Shown: positions 11,931 through 24,609 of the stretch, in pieces
Layout of the letters: each line of letters starts with the position of its first letter
Numbering within the stretch: position 1 is the stretch's first letter
From: Octopus bimaculoides
Taxonomy: Eukaryota
Length of the DNA stretch: 64,000 nt
Direction of reading: 5' to 3'
Assembly (NCBI RefSeq): GCF_001194135.2
Contig: NC_068992.1
Coordinates: forward strand, 52,462,826 to 52,526,825
Translations under genes and position numbers: made by a program
Notes under the pieces: model-generated
The model's input: only the letters and a program-made list of their open reading frames with translations
Database searches by the model: none
What the model was told of the DNA's origin: nothing

Positions 11931-12508
11931 TTCTTTTATTCTTTTACTTGTTTCAGTCATTTGGCTGTGGCCACGCTGGAGCACTGCCTTTAGTCAAGTA
12001 AATCGACCGCAGGACTTATTCTCAGTAAGCCTAGTACTTATTATATCGGTCTCTTTAGCTGAACCACTAAGTTATGGGGATGTAAATGCACCAGCATCAG
12101 TTGTCAAGTGATGTTGGCAGGGACGAACACAGACACACAAACATATATTTATATATATATATATATNNNNNNNNNNNNNNNNNNNNNNNNNNNNNNNNNN
12201 NNNNNNNNNNNNNNNNNNNNNNNNNNNNNNNNNNNNNNNNNNNNNNNNNNNNNNNNNNNNNNNNNNNNNNNNNNNNNNNNNNNNNNNNNNNNNNNNNNNN
12301 NNNNNNNNNNNNNNNNNNNNNNNNNNNNNNNNNNNNNNNNTATACAACAGGCTTCTTTCAGTTTCTGTCTACGAAATCCACTCACAAGGCTTTGGTCGGC
12401 CTGGGGATATAGTAGAAGACACTTGCCTAAAGTGTCACGCAGTGGGACTGAACCAAGAACCATGTGGTTGTTAAGTAAGCTACTTACCACACAGCCACTC
12501 CTGCACCT
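11931..12508 (-). mobile_element. SINE family A, full length; gap in the internal microsatellite
   Basis: Reverse complement of the 2431/38166 copies. Confidence 0.9.
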
Positions 12509-12760
12509 CACAGCCACTCTTATGCCTATATATTTATTTATTGATAATCACTAATTTCGGGGTTCGTTCCCACTGTGTTGTACATTGGTTAAGTTTTTCT
12601 ACTCTATTTCTGGACCTATTAAGACCTTATGAGTGAATCTGTAAGATAGAAAATGTGTGGAAACCCACTACATATGTATGCATATACATATGTATTTATT
12701 ATGCATATATACTAACTGAAAGTCTTGATTGCCAGTTCTCTGAGTTACTCACTTCCAATC

Positions 12761-13170
12761 ATCTTCTTGTAAGCTGAGCCTTGTTTACTTTTGAACATTC
12801 ACTATCTGAATATTTTTGTGAAATATGAAATAAAACTTTGAATATAACATTTATCGTTATATTCTTTCATTTCAACTGTATGGAGTTCATGACATTTTTA
12901 CAATTATATCACCATGAGAACCAGAAAAGAAATCAAAAACATGAGCTTTAAGTGGGCATTTTGCACATCTTCTTGTAAGCTGGGCCTTGTTTTCTTCTGA
13001 ACATTTTCTATCTGGATATTTTTGTGAAATATGAAATAAATGTTTGAATGAAACACTTATCATTATGTTCTTCTATTTCAACTGTATGGAGTTTATGACA
13101 TTTTTACAATTATATCACCATGAGAACCAGAAATGAAATCAAAAGCAGGAACTTTAAGTGGCCGTTTTTC
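12761..13170. repeat. Diverged tandem duplication, ~206-bp unit x2
   Basis: ATCTTCTTGTAAGCTG(A/G)GCCTTG starts at 12761 and 12967. Long identical blocks, e.g. TGACATTTTTACAATTATATCACCATGAGAACCAGAAA. Confidence 0.92.
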
Positions 13171-13499
13171 AAACATGTTGTTCACAAAGTTTTCTAAATA
13201 AAAGAACAAGCTCTCATGTCATATCTCAAAAAGTATTCAGACAGGGGATATTCAAAAGAAACCAAAGTTTGATTTACCAGCTGAGGATCGAAACAAGCAA
13301 CTCTGAGTACTGGAAATCAAAGCCTTTCCATTATGCTGGTCTTCCATAAACAACCTTGTCCGGACTTGTACCTCAGAGGGTAATTTTCTAGGTGCAATCC
13401 TATGGTCAATGATGACCGAAGGGGGTCTCAGCATATATATATACATATGTATGTATGTAGGCATGTATGTATGTATATATGTATATATGTATGTATGAA

Positions 13500-13757
13500 T
13501 ATATGTGTGTGTATCTATGTTTATGTGTGTCTTTGTGTCTGTGTTTGTCCCGTTCCCCCACTGCTTGACAACCGGTGTTAGTGTGTTTACATCCCTGTAA
13601 CTTAACAGCTTGGTAAAAGTGACCGATAGAATAAGTACTAAGCTTTAAAAAATAAGTCCTGGTATCGATTTATTTAAATAAAACCCTTCAAGGTAGTGCT
13701 CCAGCATGGCTGCAGTCAAATAACTGAATCAAGCAAAAGAATAAAAGAATAAAAGAA
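13500..13757 (+). mobile_element. SINE family A, 3' half
   Basis: CTTGACAACCGGTG...GATAGAATAAGTACT...GTGCTCCAGCATGGC...AAAAGAATAAAAGAAT. Confidence 0.88.
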
Positions 13758-14374
13758 TGTATATATAAAGAGGAATCAGCTGGAAAGGAATATTATTGAG
13801 TCAAGAACGATGAAATGAGTATTAGAGAAATATTACATTTAAAACAACATTCTGATTGTATGAAAGAATTTGTAAGACATGTGTAAGTAAATACAGTCTC
13901 TAGAATTTTCCTTTCTATAAAAAAACTGTAATATCTATTATATTGGTCCCTGATGATTGCTATGAATAGAAACATCTGAGATTTGAAACAAGAATATGAG
14001 GGTTTTCAGTCGCATCTTTTCTAAAAGTGTTAGCAACTGCTTGAGACAAATCAAATCTGAATATTTGGAGAAGAGATGCAGAAATTAATGCATGAGATAC
14101 ACATACACAGGTTCACATATATAATCATATGTATCAATGTATAAACATGACACATCATTCTCTATGTAATCCCACATTCCAACAAGCTCTGTTAAGGAAT
14201 TGCATACATCAAGTAAATGCGTATCTGTATGTTACAAACCATAGTTCTTTAACTCAAAGCAATAAGAAAATTCGTTAGTAAAACCTTAACGAAATAGAAC
14301 AATTATGAAGACAGATGTAAAATATCTCACATTTCATTCCTGTGAGGATAAATTTCTCCTTTTCTTAAATTCAG

Positions 14375-14443
14375 CACATTTATTGGAAGTGGAATTATGA
14401 AGAATTATATTGCATCGATAAGATGGCAAGCAAAAGGGCAAAT
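14375..14443 (+). CDS. Isolated candidate exon (69 nt), product unknown
   Basis: Acceptor TTCTCCTTTTCTTAAATTCAG| and donor AAT|GTAAGG. Open as HIYWKWNYEELYCIDKMASKRAN or TFIGSGIMKNYIASIRWQAKGQ. No family recognised. Confidence 0.2.
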
Positions 14444-15264
14444 GTAAGGAAGATTACCAGAGGTGCTATTATGTAAAATAATATTCAGTAAGAATTGCAC
14501 AGCAAATTTGGGGGATTTAAAATAGATTAATGGAAAAAGGAATATACATATATACATAAATATGTATATGTATGTATGCATATATATANNNNNNNNNNNN
14601 NNNNNNNNNNNNNNNNNNNNNNNNNNNNNNNNNNNNNNNNNNNNNNNNNNNNNNNNNNNNNNNNNNNNNNNNNNNNNNNNNNNNNNNNNNNNNNNNNNNN
14701 NNNNNTATATATATATATATATGTATATATATACACACATATATCAGTCTGTGTGTGTAGTGAAAAAAAAGACTAGCAAAGGAAATCAGAATCAGAGAAA
14801 TATATGAAAGAATTCGTTATTCAATCAGATGATCGACAAATTAGGATAGATAATTCTATCAGTATAAAGAATGCTTTGTGGCAACTTTAATACCAATGCA
14901 ATATGTATAAAGCTCTGTGAATATCTGTGAAGAAAGTACAAATAGAGAAAAACATCCAAATATTGGCATTATGCTGTAAGATTGGAATATTCAAGTGAAG
15001 GGAATAAGCTGTCAGAAATGAAATATTAGCACTGAATAGAAAAAAAAAAAAAAAAGCAAAAGGGTTTAGAATATTGATTAATAGGTAATGGTGTGAATGC
15101 AGGGCATTTGGTAAAATGGAGATTGCAGGAATGGTAAGTGGAAATATTTTTCCAAGACCGTTCTATAAGCACGAGGCATAAGCCACATGATATACATATT
15201 TTCGGACACACGCACACACACACACATATATATATATATACATATATACATATTGTATATATGC

Positions 15265-15350
15265 ATACACATTCACTCTCAGGTATATGTGTTCCATATA
15301 TAAATACAATATACATATATACACACATACCTGAGAGTGGCTGTGTGTAT
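15265..15350. repeat. Imperfect inverted repeat (arms ~27 bp, spacer ~30 bp)
   Basis: CACTCTCAGGTATATGTG (15274) versus CACATACCTGAGAGTG (15324-15339), flanked by ATACACA / TGTGTAT. Confidence 0.8.
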
Positions 15351-15394
15351 GTGCTAAATACTTCAATACATCAATATATATATANNNNNNNNNN

Positions 15395-15438
<44 letters not shown>

Positions 15439-16074
15439 TAGTTAGATAGATAAACAGACAGGACAGACCTACAGATATATGGAGAGAGAGTGAACAAGAG
15501 AAGAAGCTAGACAGAAAGGTGATCAAAGAGATAGGCAAGCAAAATCGTTAAAATTAAAAGCAATTTTCCTTTTCATTGCTTATTTCTTTACTTCTTTATT
15601 TACCATTGTCCATTTGAATAATGTGCCAAGAAATATTTGGTGCTTTTACATCTGATCAACTTTATCATAAGTTTGTGTTTTATATTTTTTAAAGAAAGAA
15701 TTTTCTCTTTATTCATGTCTATAAGTTTTAATATTCCAATCAGAATATCTGCCAGGAATTCCTGGACCAAAGTATATCCCTTCTCACAGAGAGAGATTCT
15801 CTCCCATAAGCTGTTAATATTTTGTCAATGGGCTGAAAATACAGACACAAATATGGAAGCACATTTGCACATATATGCACATCTTTATATATCCACACAT
15901 ACGTATGCATATGCACACATACATCCAGAGATATACTTTAGATATTTATGTATAAATGCATATATATGCATATATATATATATATATGTATGTGCTAAAT
16001 ACTTCAATACATCAATATATATACATATACTTACACACACGTTTGTATATATGTATGCATGTATATAGATGAAT

Positions 16075-16106
<32 letters not shown>

Positions 16107-16984
16107 GTATATGTATACACACACTATATATATATATATAGTGTGCATATATATACACACACTATATATATATGTATATATGTGGACCTATATACATATG
16201 TACATATATATTAATTTCTGCCAAGACACACACACATTGCATAAATGTAGAACAGCTGTCTTGTATTGAAAATACATTTGTGTTCTACTTTTATTTTTAT
16301 ATGAATTTTTTGTTTCCGTATTTTCTCATGATTTACTTACCATTTGTTTAAGAACAGTAACATTTCTAAATCCCTCAGAACCATTTCTAGTCATTCATTT
16401 TCTCATCTTGGGGATGAAATGTTACTAGCATATGGTGCTGATGTTATGCAGGTCTAACATCATTGGTATACACCAGTTGTTCTCAACCTTTCATAAAACA
16501 CTGCACAGGTTTTCACTGAAAAACATTTTTGCAAACACTTTCTACTCTATGTTCAGGAAAAAGAACTGAATAAATAAACAAAAAATCCAGCTGATTATTA
16601 AATTCATGCAGAAACTAATTATCTACAGTTGCTTATTTTCTATATTTTCTCGAAGTATTTCATCCAATTTGTATCATTGTTTTTGATATTTGTTTGTACA
16701 ACTATTACATATTTTAAATTTTTATCAAAGTTCAAGAAAAAAGTGACAACTTCATAATGAAATTTTTTATTTAGATTTATATTATTAATGCACGTAAATG
16801 AATATAAAATAATACAAAGAAAGAACAATATTATAATTTTAATTCTAAGCATAATACATTTAATTATATAACTAGTGTTAATGGATTAAATTATATCAGT
16901 ATTTGGCTGCATTTCCGTTTTAAAAAATGATGTATCCTTATATATAAGTAAATAAATAAGTATAGACAGATAGTTATATACACA

Positions 16985-17088
16985 CATCATCATCATCATC
17001 ATCAACGTTTAACGTCCACTTTCCATGCTAGCATAGGTTGGAGTATTTGACTGAGTACTGGTGAACCGGATGGCTGCACAAGGCTCCA
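16985..17088 (-). mobile_element. RTE LINE extreme 3' end with (GAT)n tail
   Basis: (CAT)n followed by CGTTTAACGTCCACTTTCCATGCTAGCAT, the reverse complement of the 3.3 kb and 11.6 kb tails. Confidence 0.8.
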
Positions 17089-17110
17089 TATATATGTATA
17101 TATTTGTATA

Positions 17111-17249
17111 TCATCATCATCATCATCATCGTTTAACGTCCGCTTTCCATGCTAGCATGGGTTGGACGATTTGACTGAGGAATGGTGAAACCGGATGGCA
17201 ACACCAGGCTCCAGTCTAATTTGGCAGAGTTTCTACAGCTGGATGCCCT

Positions 17250-17250
<1 letters not shown>
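17111..17250 (-). mobile_element. Second RTE LINE 3' end, same orientation as the previous one
   Basis: Same motif, extending to GTTTCTACAGCTGGATGCCCTT. Confidence 0.82.
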
Positions 17251-17286
<36 letters not shown>

Positions 17287-18399
17287 NNNNNNNNNNNNNN
17301 NNNNNNNNNNNNNNNNNNNNNNNNNNNNNNNNNNNNNNNNNNNNNNNNNNNNNNNNNNNNNNNNNNNNNNNNNNNNNNNNNNNNNNNNNNNNNNNNNNNN
17401 NNNNNNNNNNNNNNNNNNNNNNNNNNNNNNNNNNNNNNNNNNNNNNNNNNNNNNNNNNNNNNNNNNNNNNNNNNNNNNNNNNNNNNNNNNNNNNNNNNNN
17501 NNNNNNNNNNNNNNNNNNNNNNNNNNNNNNNNNNNNNNNNNNNNNNNNNNNNNNNNNNNNNNNNNNNNNNNNNNNNNNNNNNNNNNNNNNNNNNNNNNNN
17601 NNNNNNNNNNNNNNNNNNNNNNNNNNNNNNNNNNNNNNNNNNNNNNNNNNNNNNNNNNNNNNNNNNNNNNNNNNNNNNNNNNNNNNNNNNNNNNNNNNNN
17701 NNNNNNNNNNNTATATATTTATACAAACACATATACACATGCACCCACACACACTCACACAAAATAGGTTTCCATTACCCTGTAAACTGTGTATAACCTT
17801 ATTTTAACCCTTTCAATTTTAATTTCTGAAATGTTCTAATCCATTTCTTGCTGGCAAGAGTCTGGTTTTGATGTCATTTTCAAAGATTTTAATACTTTCC
17901 TAAACTTAAGTTTTTCTTTATGAAGGTTGGATTTTTTCCAGTTTTCTTATACTAACAGGATTTTTAATATGCTGGATAAAATGTTTTGTGGTACTTGCTT
18001 TCACTTGGATAAATTCTGAGTTCAGATCTCGCTTTGTAAATGAGACGAGACTTCAAGTTTTTCCTTTTGGGGGTTGATAGATTTTATTAAGTGTACAGAA
18101 ATTATTATTATTATTATTATTATTATTATCATTCCTGATCAACCTTTTCATGTTTCACTTTAAGAGGAAGACAAGAGTAGAGTGAGAAGTGTTGCCTTCT
18201 TGTCAATTTGCTGAAAAGCAGATGAAAGTGGCAAAAATGGTACAAGTGAACAGGCCTGCCCTGAGCATACACCTGTAATTGTGAAACAAGAAAGGAGAGA
18301 AGGCACCTACCCCAAAAGTCAAGGCACCAATGGTTTCTATGGGATTTTTCCATGAGGAGCCCTAGAAGTCTCCTCCCTATTGAGGATTATACCTTGTTG

Positions 18400-18540
18400 G
18401 GTTCAAATGCTCCCAGGGTTGACTTCACTTTTCATTCTTTCAGGGTTGATAAAATAAGTACCAGTTGAGCACTGGGGCTGATATAATTGACTTAAGCCCT
18501 TCCTCAAAATTGCTAGCCTTGTGCAACAATTTGAAACCAA
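18400..18540 (+). mobile_element. SINE family B (B box to 3' end)
   Basis: GGTTCAAAT...TTTCATTCTTTCAGGGTTGATAAAATAAGTACCAGTTGAGCACTGGGG...GCCTTGTGC. Confidence 0.85.
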
Positions 18541-20809
18541 TATTTTTCTTCAAATTTCACAACCATGTTTCAAACTAAATATACATTGCCTTTTTTCATT
18601 ATTTAAAAAATAATCATGATTGTGGAGAGATATGATTTAATAAAATAATTTCGTTATTACAAACCTGCAGTTCAGAATGTAGCTTCACAAAAGACGTTTA
18701 ATATAAAATTACAACAGATTTTAATTTGAAAATGCACTCTTTAAGGAGTAATGGGTTTGCATGAGAGAACTTCAAGCTGTCATATGCAAGTTGTTGTCAC
18801 AAGTGTTAAAGCTGACTAATATCAACTGTTTCCTTATTCTACTATTCAACAAAGTAAGAAGATATTTGGTCTGTCCAACACAATCTGGCTGTAATCGTTG
18901 GCCGTTTATAATTTAATGACCTGACATTTGCAACAATCTGATTGCAACATTTATGAAATCTAGAGATCTTTCTGTAATGATATTTTTCAGGAAACTAAAT
19001 AAATTTGATTTTCGGTTAAGAGATTACAACTTGCCTAATCTTTCAACCAATCACTGAAATAATCTTTATATGTGATTTGTGGAATCACAGTTGCTTCATA
19101 TCTGTGCAATATCATATTTCTTAGATCGTCTCAATGTTCACTGTGCATAATAAGCAGGATATTTAACAGGGAAGGGAAGAGAATTTGATTTACTGTGACC
19201 CCTGCATGACCTCAATAATGAACGAAGATACAATACAACATGCTTTAAGTGGGAATGGAAATTATGTAGAATGTTTTAGCTGAAAGTCTGTTGATGCTGT
19301 ATATTCTGCTGCATTTCTTGAAATCGGTAGAAACTACATTAATTGTAGAAAAGTAAGTGTTTTAGAATGGTATGAATCTACGTGTGACACAAGTTCAGGC
19401 CTAGTATAGGCAATTATTCTTCATTTATATATTGTAACTGTGATATCTTCTTATGGATGATGGTTTGCAAAGGGAAGCACCTCAATATGCTGATTTAAAG
19501 AACCAAAGAATGAACTTCTATGCAATCACTTCACCTGCTAGAAATGGTATCCTAATGTCATTCCACTCAAACAGATTCAAGACCCAAGATATCTCATAGA
19601 AATAGTTGATATAATTCTGATCTTGTAAATCACAAATTAAAGAGAGAGGTGGGGAGGACAAGAGGGAGAAATGGAAAATGTATGATTGTATTTGTAAATC
19701 ATAGAATCTATGTGTGTTTGTGCAGGTGGGGGGGGGGGACATGTTTGATGATTGTAATGCAGAATGCTGCAAACGGAGAATACTGTAAGGTAGATGTATT
19801 GAAGAACGGAGTCTTTGATACACTATGTAATTAATAGATGTAAATGGTAGACGATTCTGACAGGAATGCTTTTGTTTTTGGTGTTTCACAGGTCAACACA
19901 AACAGGGCTAAATTAGGGCTGAAAATTAAATGCTGCACAATGTACTACAAAAAAGAATATTTATCACTGGCAGCAAACTGATGTATTAATCATTTGAAAC
20001 CTTTTGTATATTAATTGAAGTATCACTAACGGAAATTTATCTTAAAATTTTAAGACATCTACCTAAATATACTGATGAAAAATCAATAGATATTGTAATA
20101 AAGGCTCACCTTCCCTCTCAATTTATGTTTTTCACTTACTCTTTTTATTATCCTTTCTCTTAATTCTTTGTGACTGGCAGTATAATTTCCTTGTTCAGTT
20201 CTATCCAATAAATACTAATTTTATATGTGACATATCAGTGATTTCATTATTGAGAGCTCTAGAAAGTGTAACCTTGTTGCTCTTGAGATCAGTATTTTTT
20301 TTTTGGGGGGGGGGAGTAATTTACTAGCAACCAAATTGCCTGCTGTCCCCCTCTTCATCAAACTTTCATCTTCTATATTTGACAATCTGGAGTTAGATTA
20401 ACTCATCTCCTCCAGTATTGATGTTATACACTTTTACTCTATGTGTATCAGCTCAGATATTCTCATCAATTTAGATATATATTTCATATTTTTCCAGCAG
20501 TATATTAATAAGCTGATCACTGTAAATTATGACATAAAATCTCCTATACAGCATCCTTTCTTCTAATGAACAGCCAAATCTCTCTTAAATTACATTATAC
20601 TCTCTTAAGGAATAGGAAGGAAACATATGTATCCAAGAAAATGTAGTTCAAAATATCGATATACTTTAAGTCTACATGTCTGCTTTGAGCCTCCAGGCAC
20701 ATGAACCCAGAGTTTCTCTTGATTTCTGTGGCAAATGACTTAAACAACAACAACAACAACAACAATAATAATAATAATAATAATCCTTTTGTGAGAGGGA
20801 ACTAGACAG

Positions 20810-20980
20810 TTACTTTAACACTAGTGCTTGAATGACACTTCTTTCATTGATCCCAGAGGGATGAAAAGTGTAGTTGCCCATGGTGGCATTTGAACTCAGA
20901 ACATAAAGGCAGAAGAATGCCACTAAGCATTTTGTCTGACATGATAACAATTCTGTTAGCTCACCATACCACCTTAATGA
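20810..20980 (-). mobile_element. SINE family B
   Basis: GGATGAAAAG...ATTTGAACTCAGAAC...TTCTGTTAGCTCACC. Confidence 0.8.
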
Positions 20981-21944
20981 CGACGACGACGATGATGATG
21001 ATGACCAGATACAGTTTATGGGTGGTAAATCTACCATTGACAATATTTGAACTCAAAACACAAAGAACCGGTATTACTACCAAGTAGTACTCTAAATAAT
21101 AATAAAAAATGTATAATCAAGGCAGTTCATAATCTTACATGTAATATATATGACTCTAAAAGCTATTTTCCTTGATATTTTCTTCAATTCAAAAAATTTC
21201 TAAAGAATTATATAAGAAACATTTTGGCACTGATATGTTTGTAATGTTATATCCATTTCTTGATAAGAAATCTACTGGTTAAATGCAGTCATATATCATG
21301 TGCTCCCCTTGGCTAGAATAATACTGCATCTGTCTTTAGAGTACCATCAAACAAATCCTTTAACAAATAGCTATTGGCAGCTAATTTTCTCCTTTTCATC
21401 AAAATATAGTCTCCCTTTGACTTTGAAAATCTGCGTACTGTTTTCTCTTATATCTTAACGAACTTATACATCATTCATTCATTATAAATTAATGGCAATG
21501 TCTTCCAGCTTTTCTACATTCAAATTCATAGTCAGTTTGATTACTACAGCAATGTATCCTATATATTTGTCTTATGTGTATAGTTATCATTTCTTTTGTG
21601 TACCTACATGCATGTCTGTCCCCCAGTCAGCTTGTCAGTCTGTCTGTGTTTAAATAAATACATGTGTAAATATATGCATATCTACCGAACTACCTTTTCA
21701 CTTACCTTCCGCCCTATCTACTTACATGCATGTTGATGTATAGAACTAATTATCTCCCAACTAACATACCAACATAACTTCCTCCTTACCTACTTGACTG
21801 TCTCCCTACCAATCCTCTTTCTGTTAACATCGTGCCATTACGTATGTCATAAACTACCAATCCTGTTTACAAAATTACTAACCTACATTCCTAAATCCCT
21901 TCCTACTTATCTACCAGCCAACCTATCTATCCTTTTTTACTCAA

Positions 21945-22110
21945 GGCACAAGGCCCGAAATTTTGGGGGAGGGGGCCAGTCGATTAGATCGAACCAGTAC
22001 GCAACTGGTACTTAATTTATCGACCACCAAAGGATGAAAGGCTAAGTCGACCTCGGCGGAATTTGAACTCAGAAGACAGACGAAATACCACTAACGGCGT
22101 GCTAACGTTT
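21945..22110 (-). mobile_element. SINE family B, young CpG-intact copy
   Basis: GGCACAAGGCCCGAAATTTT...GTCGACCTCGGCGGAATTTGAACTCAG. Confidence 0.9.
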
Positions 22111-22224
22111 CTTGTTTTTTTATTGCCCACAAGGAGCTAAACATAGAGGGGACAAACAAGGACACACAAAGGGATTAAGTCGATTACATTAACCGGGTAA
22201 TGCGACATGTTCTTGCAAAAATGA

Positions 22225-22335
22225 GTAATCCTGCAACAGACCGGCAACCCGTCCAGGTGGGAAATATATACGCTTTGAAACAGGGAAACCAGACATTATG
22301 AGTCGGGGTTACTCGAGAAGGTCATTTTACCTTTT
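22225..22335 (+). mobile_element. SINE 3' portion with V-SINE-like motif and (TTTACC)n tail
   Basis: GCAACAGACCGGCAACCCGTCCAGG matches GATGGACTGGCGTCCCATTCAGG at 58530. The likeness to V-SINE tails is from recall. Confidence 0.5.
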
Positions 22336-22733
22336 ACCTCTTCTCTCAAGTACATTAACACTGATTTATCTGTCTATTTACAAAGACAATTGTGGTGCAG
22401 TAAAGATGGAAAATTGCAGGTGCGATATGTGTGTTTGTGTGTGTATGAAGGAAAACAAAGCTAAGTGTGCATTAGCATACAAAGTTGAAAAATAATCAGG
22501 TAAAAATGATAAAAACAAATATCAGATATAGCAAACAAAAGCTTATTCTTCGGCAGGTGCTTGTTGGAGGATCTTTGTGGTTTCAATATCGAACGACATC
22601 CTGCTAGTTCCAGTGGCATCAACAATCATTAGGTTTTTAGGCATTGAAAAGTTGATGCTAGACACAAAGAACAAGAAAAATACACAGTGTTGTCGTCGCA
22701 ATTAGGACACAGAAATGATAGCCTAAACCTTTT

Positions 22734-22794
22734 ACCACAAAAATATAAGGGAACAAAACACCACAAAAATATAAGGGAACAAAACACCACAAAA
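22734..22794. repeat. Perfect 26-bp tandem duplication (2.3 units)
   Basis: ACCACAAAAATATAAGGGAACAAAAC twice, plus ACCACAAAA. Confidence 0.95.
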
Positions 22795-24351
22795 CAATAG
22801 CGTAAATGAGTATTGCTAGAAGGATAAGGGCATATAATTCTAAGGGCTCGAGCGGTAGCTCTTGAACAAATGCGTGGAAAACTGGAGAGGCGGAGAAATA
22901 ATTTTGTTCTCTGAGAGAACTGGAGGTAATAAGAAAGGCAAAAGAGTAAATAGAAAGAATGTTGCGAACAAAAATTGTAGAAAAAGAGAGATAGAGAGAG
23001 AAGAGTTATAGAATCGAGAAAGATAGAAATTGCTTGAAGAAAGTCACCGTAATTAAATAAATTACAAGGTCATGTGCAGGCACAGAGACGTATATATCTA
23101 CATATAGAGAAAATGGTAAGAGAGAGAGAGAGAGAGAGAGAGGAGGGTAATGCATGTAGAGTGTAACTATCTGATATGTGAGGAAAACGATGTTCAATAC
23201 TTAAAATTTGAATAAATCTCTGGATTAAATGCTGCCTTAATATAATTGATCTGTTCAGTTGAAATTGAATCATGTTTAGTTTTACACTTAATAGATAAAT
23301 ATTTGCTGAAATCGCCCTCTGAGATGTAAACATGACATGTATAGCTGCAATGAGATTAAGAAAGCTCTTTAAATTATGTGAAATACCATGAAATTACGCT
23401 GATGCAATGAAACCGCTGTAACATTATTTGTTCTAAACAGATATTTGTTTTTTTTTTTTCTGAAGATTCTGTATTTCCCTCCGGTTCTTCTTTCTTTTAA
23501 TTTTATTTATTATTTTTTTTTTTTTGAGTTATAAAATATGAATAAAATTATTTGATGGGAGGAAAAATGAAAAATGAAAAAAAAAAAAAGAAAAATCCGT
23601 AAACAGGACTTAATTGGAATAGTTTAAAATATAATTTATGAAATTAAAGATAAAAGAAAGGTTCAGACAGCAACATCAAGATGTGAAAGACGGGATGAAA
23701 CGCCGGTTGTAATAAATAGCATTTATGGAAAGAGAAGCAATATGCATGTACGTAACATACATATAAAAATATATCATACAAACACTCATCAGGTGCGGTC
23801 CCAAGGATTTTTCGAAGGGAGAGCACAAAGTCAAAAGGGAATACAGTTCCAGGAGAAATGGGCGTAATAACATTATTTTGAAGGGCGAACTTCTTTTCTT
23901 GAAAAGGCACGTGCTCTCACATCCCTTGGGTCTCCCCCAGCACATATAGACACATCTATCTATACACACATATTTGCATATCTGTCTGCAAACACACAGG
24001 AAGCATCTTCGTCGTCGTCGCTTCCTTCTGATTTCCTTGTATATCTTACATCGGTGATAGAATGTCGGAGGTGGGTTTTGGTTAGGGTGGGTCCTGACTT
24101 GTCAGGATTGAACCACATACTGTGGTCCTTCAAGACATCCTGTACAGCTTATGTAAAATATGACATGCAGGGGCAGCTGCAATGGTCAACTGTCAACCTA
24201 ACTTGGTGCCTCGACTTAAGTACCTAATTCAGCTGAATCTTAATTATATATATATCTTTGAATGTGTGTGTGCATGTGTGTGTGCGTACGCGTGCATACA
24301 TACACATACATATAATCTAGAGTCACACGAAACAGAGTTGAATAAAATATT

Positions 24352-24609
24352 ATATTATTTACTTTATTTACATTGGACGGATATTTGTCCTCATCTTGTT
24401 TGTTGTTAACACAACGTTTCGGCTGACATACCGTCTAATCTTCTTCGGGTGTCTTGGGGAAATTTCGACCCTGGGTTCTCATTCTTAAGGTATATTTCGA
24501 TGTTGTTGTTGTTATTATTATTATTATTATTATTCAGGTCACTGCTTGGAATCGAATTCGGAATCTTGGGGTTTGTAGCCCGCGCTCTTAACTACTACGC
24601 CATATGCCC
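24352..24609 (-). mobile_element. SINE family E: tRNA head, internal (AAT)n(AAC)n, hammerhead-bearing 3' region
   Basis: Head GGGCATATGGCGTAGTAGTTAAGAGCGCGGGCTACAAACCCCAAGATTCCGAATTCGATTCC has A and B boxes and an anticodon-like arm. Homologous to 44915-45183. Confidence 0.88.
24408..24453 (-). ncRNA. Minimal type I hammerhead motif, probably inactive (U4 to C change, broken stem II)
   Basis: RNA GACAC-CCGAAGA-AGAUUAGACGGUAUGUCAGCC-GAA-ACGU-U-GUGUU. Stem I (GACAC/GUGUU) and the ACGU palindrome are intact. Confidence 0.7.

Noticed and set aside
13275-13310. CTGAGGA-TC-GAAAC hammerhead-like core
   Set aside because: There is no room for stem II, no stem III pairing or palindrome, and no adjacent stem I.
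13945-13985. CTGATGA...GAAACATC
   Set aside because: Stems I, II and III cannot be paired.
17170-17205. CTGAGGA-ATGGT-GAAACCGGA in an RTE 3' UTR copy
   Set aside because: GAAA is absent in the homologous copies at 11.57, 17.06 and 49.93 kb, so it is a chance product of divergence.
18150-18360. Acceptor-like TTTCACTTTAAG followed by coding-looking sequence
   Set aside because: All three frames hit stops shortly after the acceptor.
19870-19985. Strong acceptor TTTTGGTGTTTCACAG at ~19891
   Set aside because: No convincing donor; the only open frame stops after 29 codons with no recognisable product.
21200-21560. Minus-strand GRLYFDEKEKI, faintly like the RTE endonuclease-RT linker
   Set aside because: A single short motif among many stops; it would need a profile search to support.
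22545-22640. Possible exon after TTCTTCGGCAG
   Set aside because: No frame gives a recognisable product and the donor is weak.
22734-22794. Short direct repeats as a CRISPR-like array
   Set aside because: The units are contiguous with no spacers and the context is eukaryotic; it is a simple tandem duplication.
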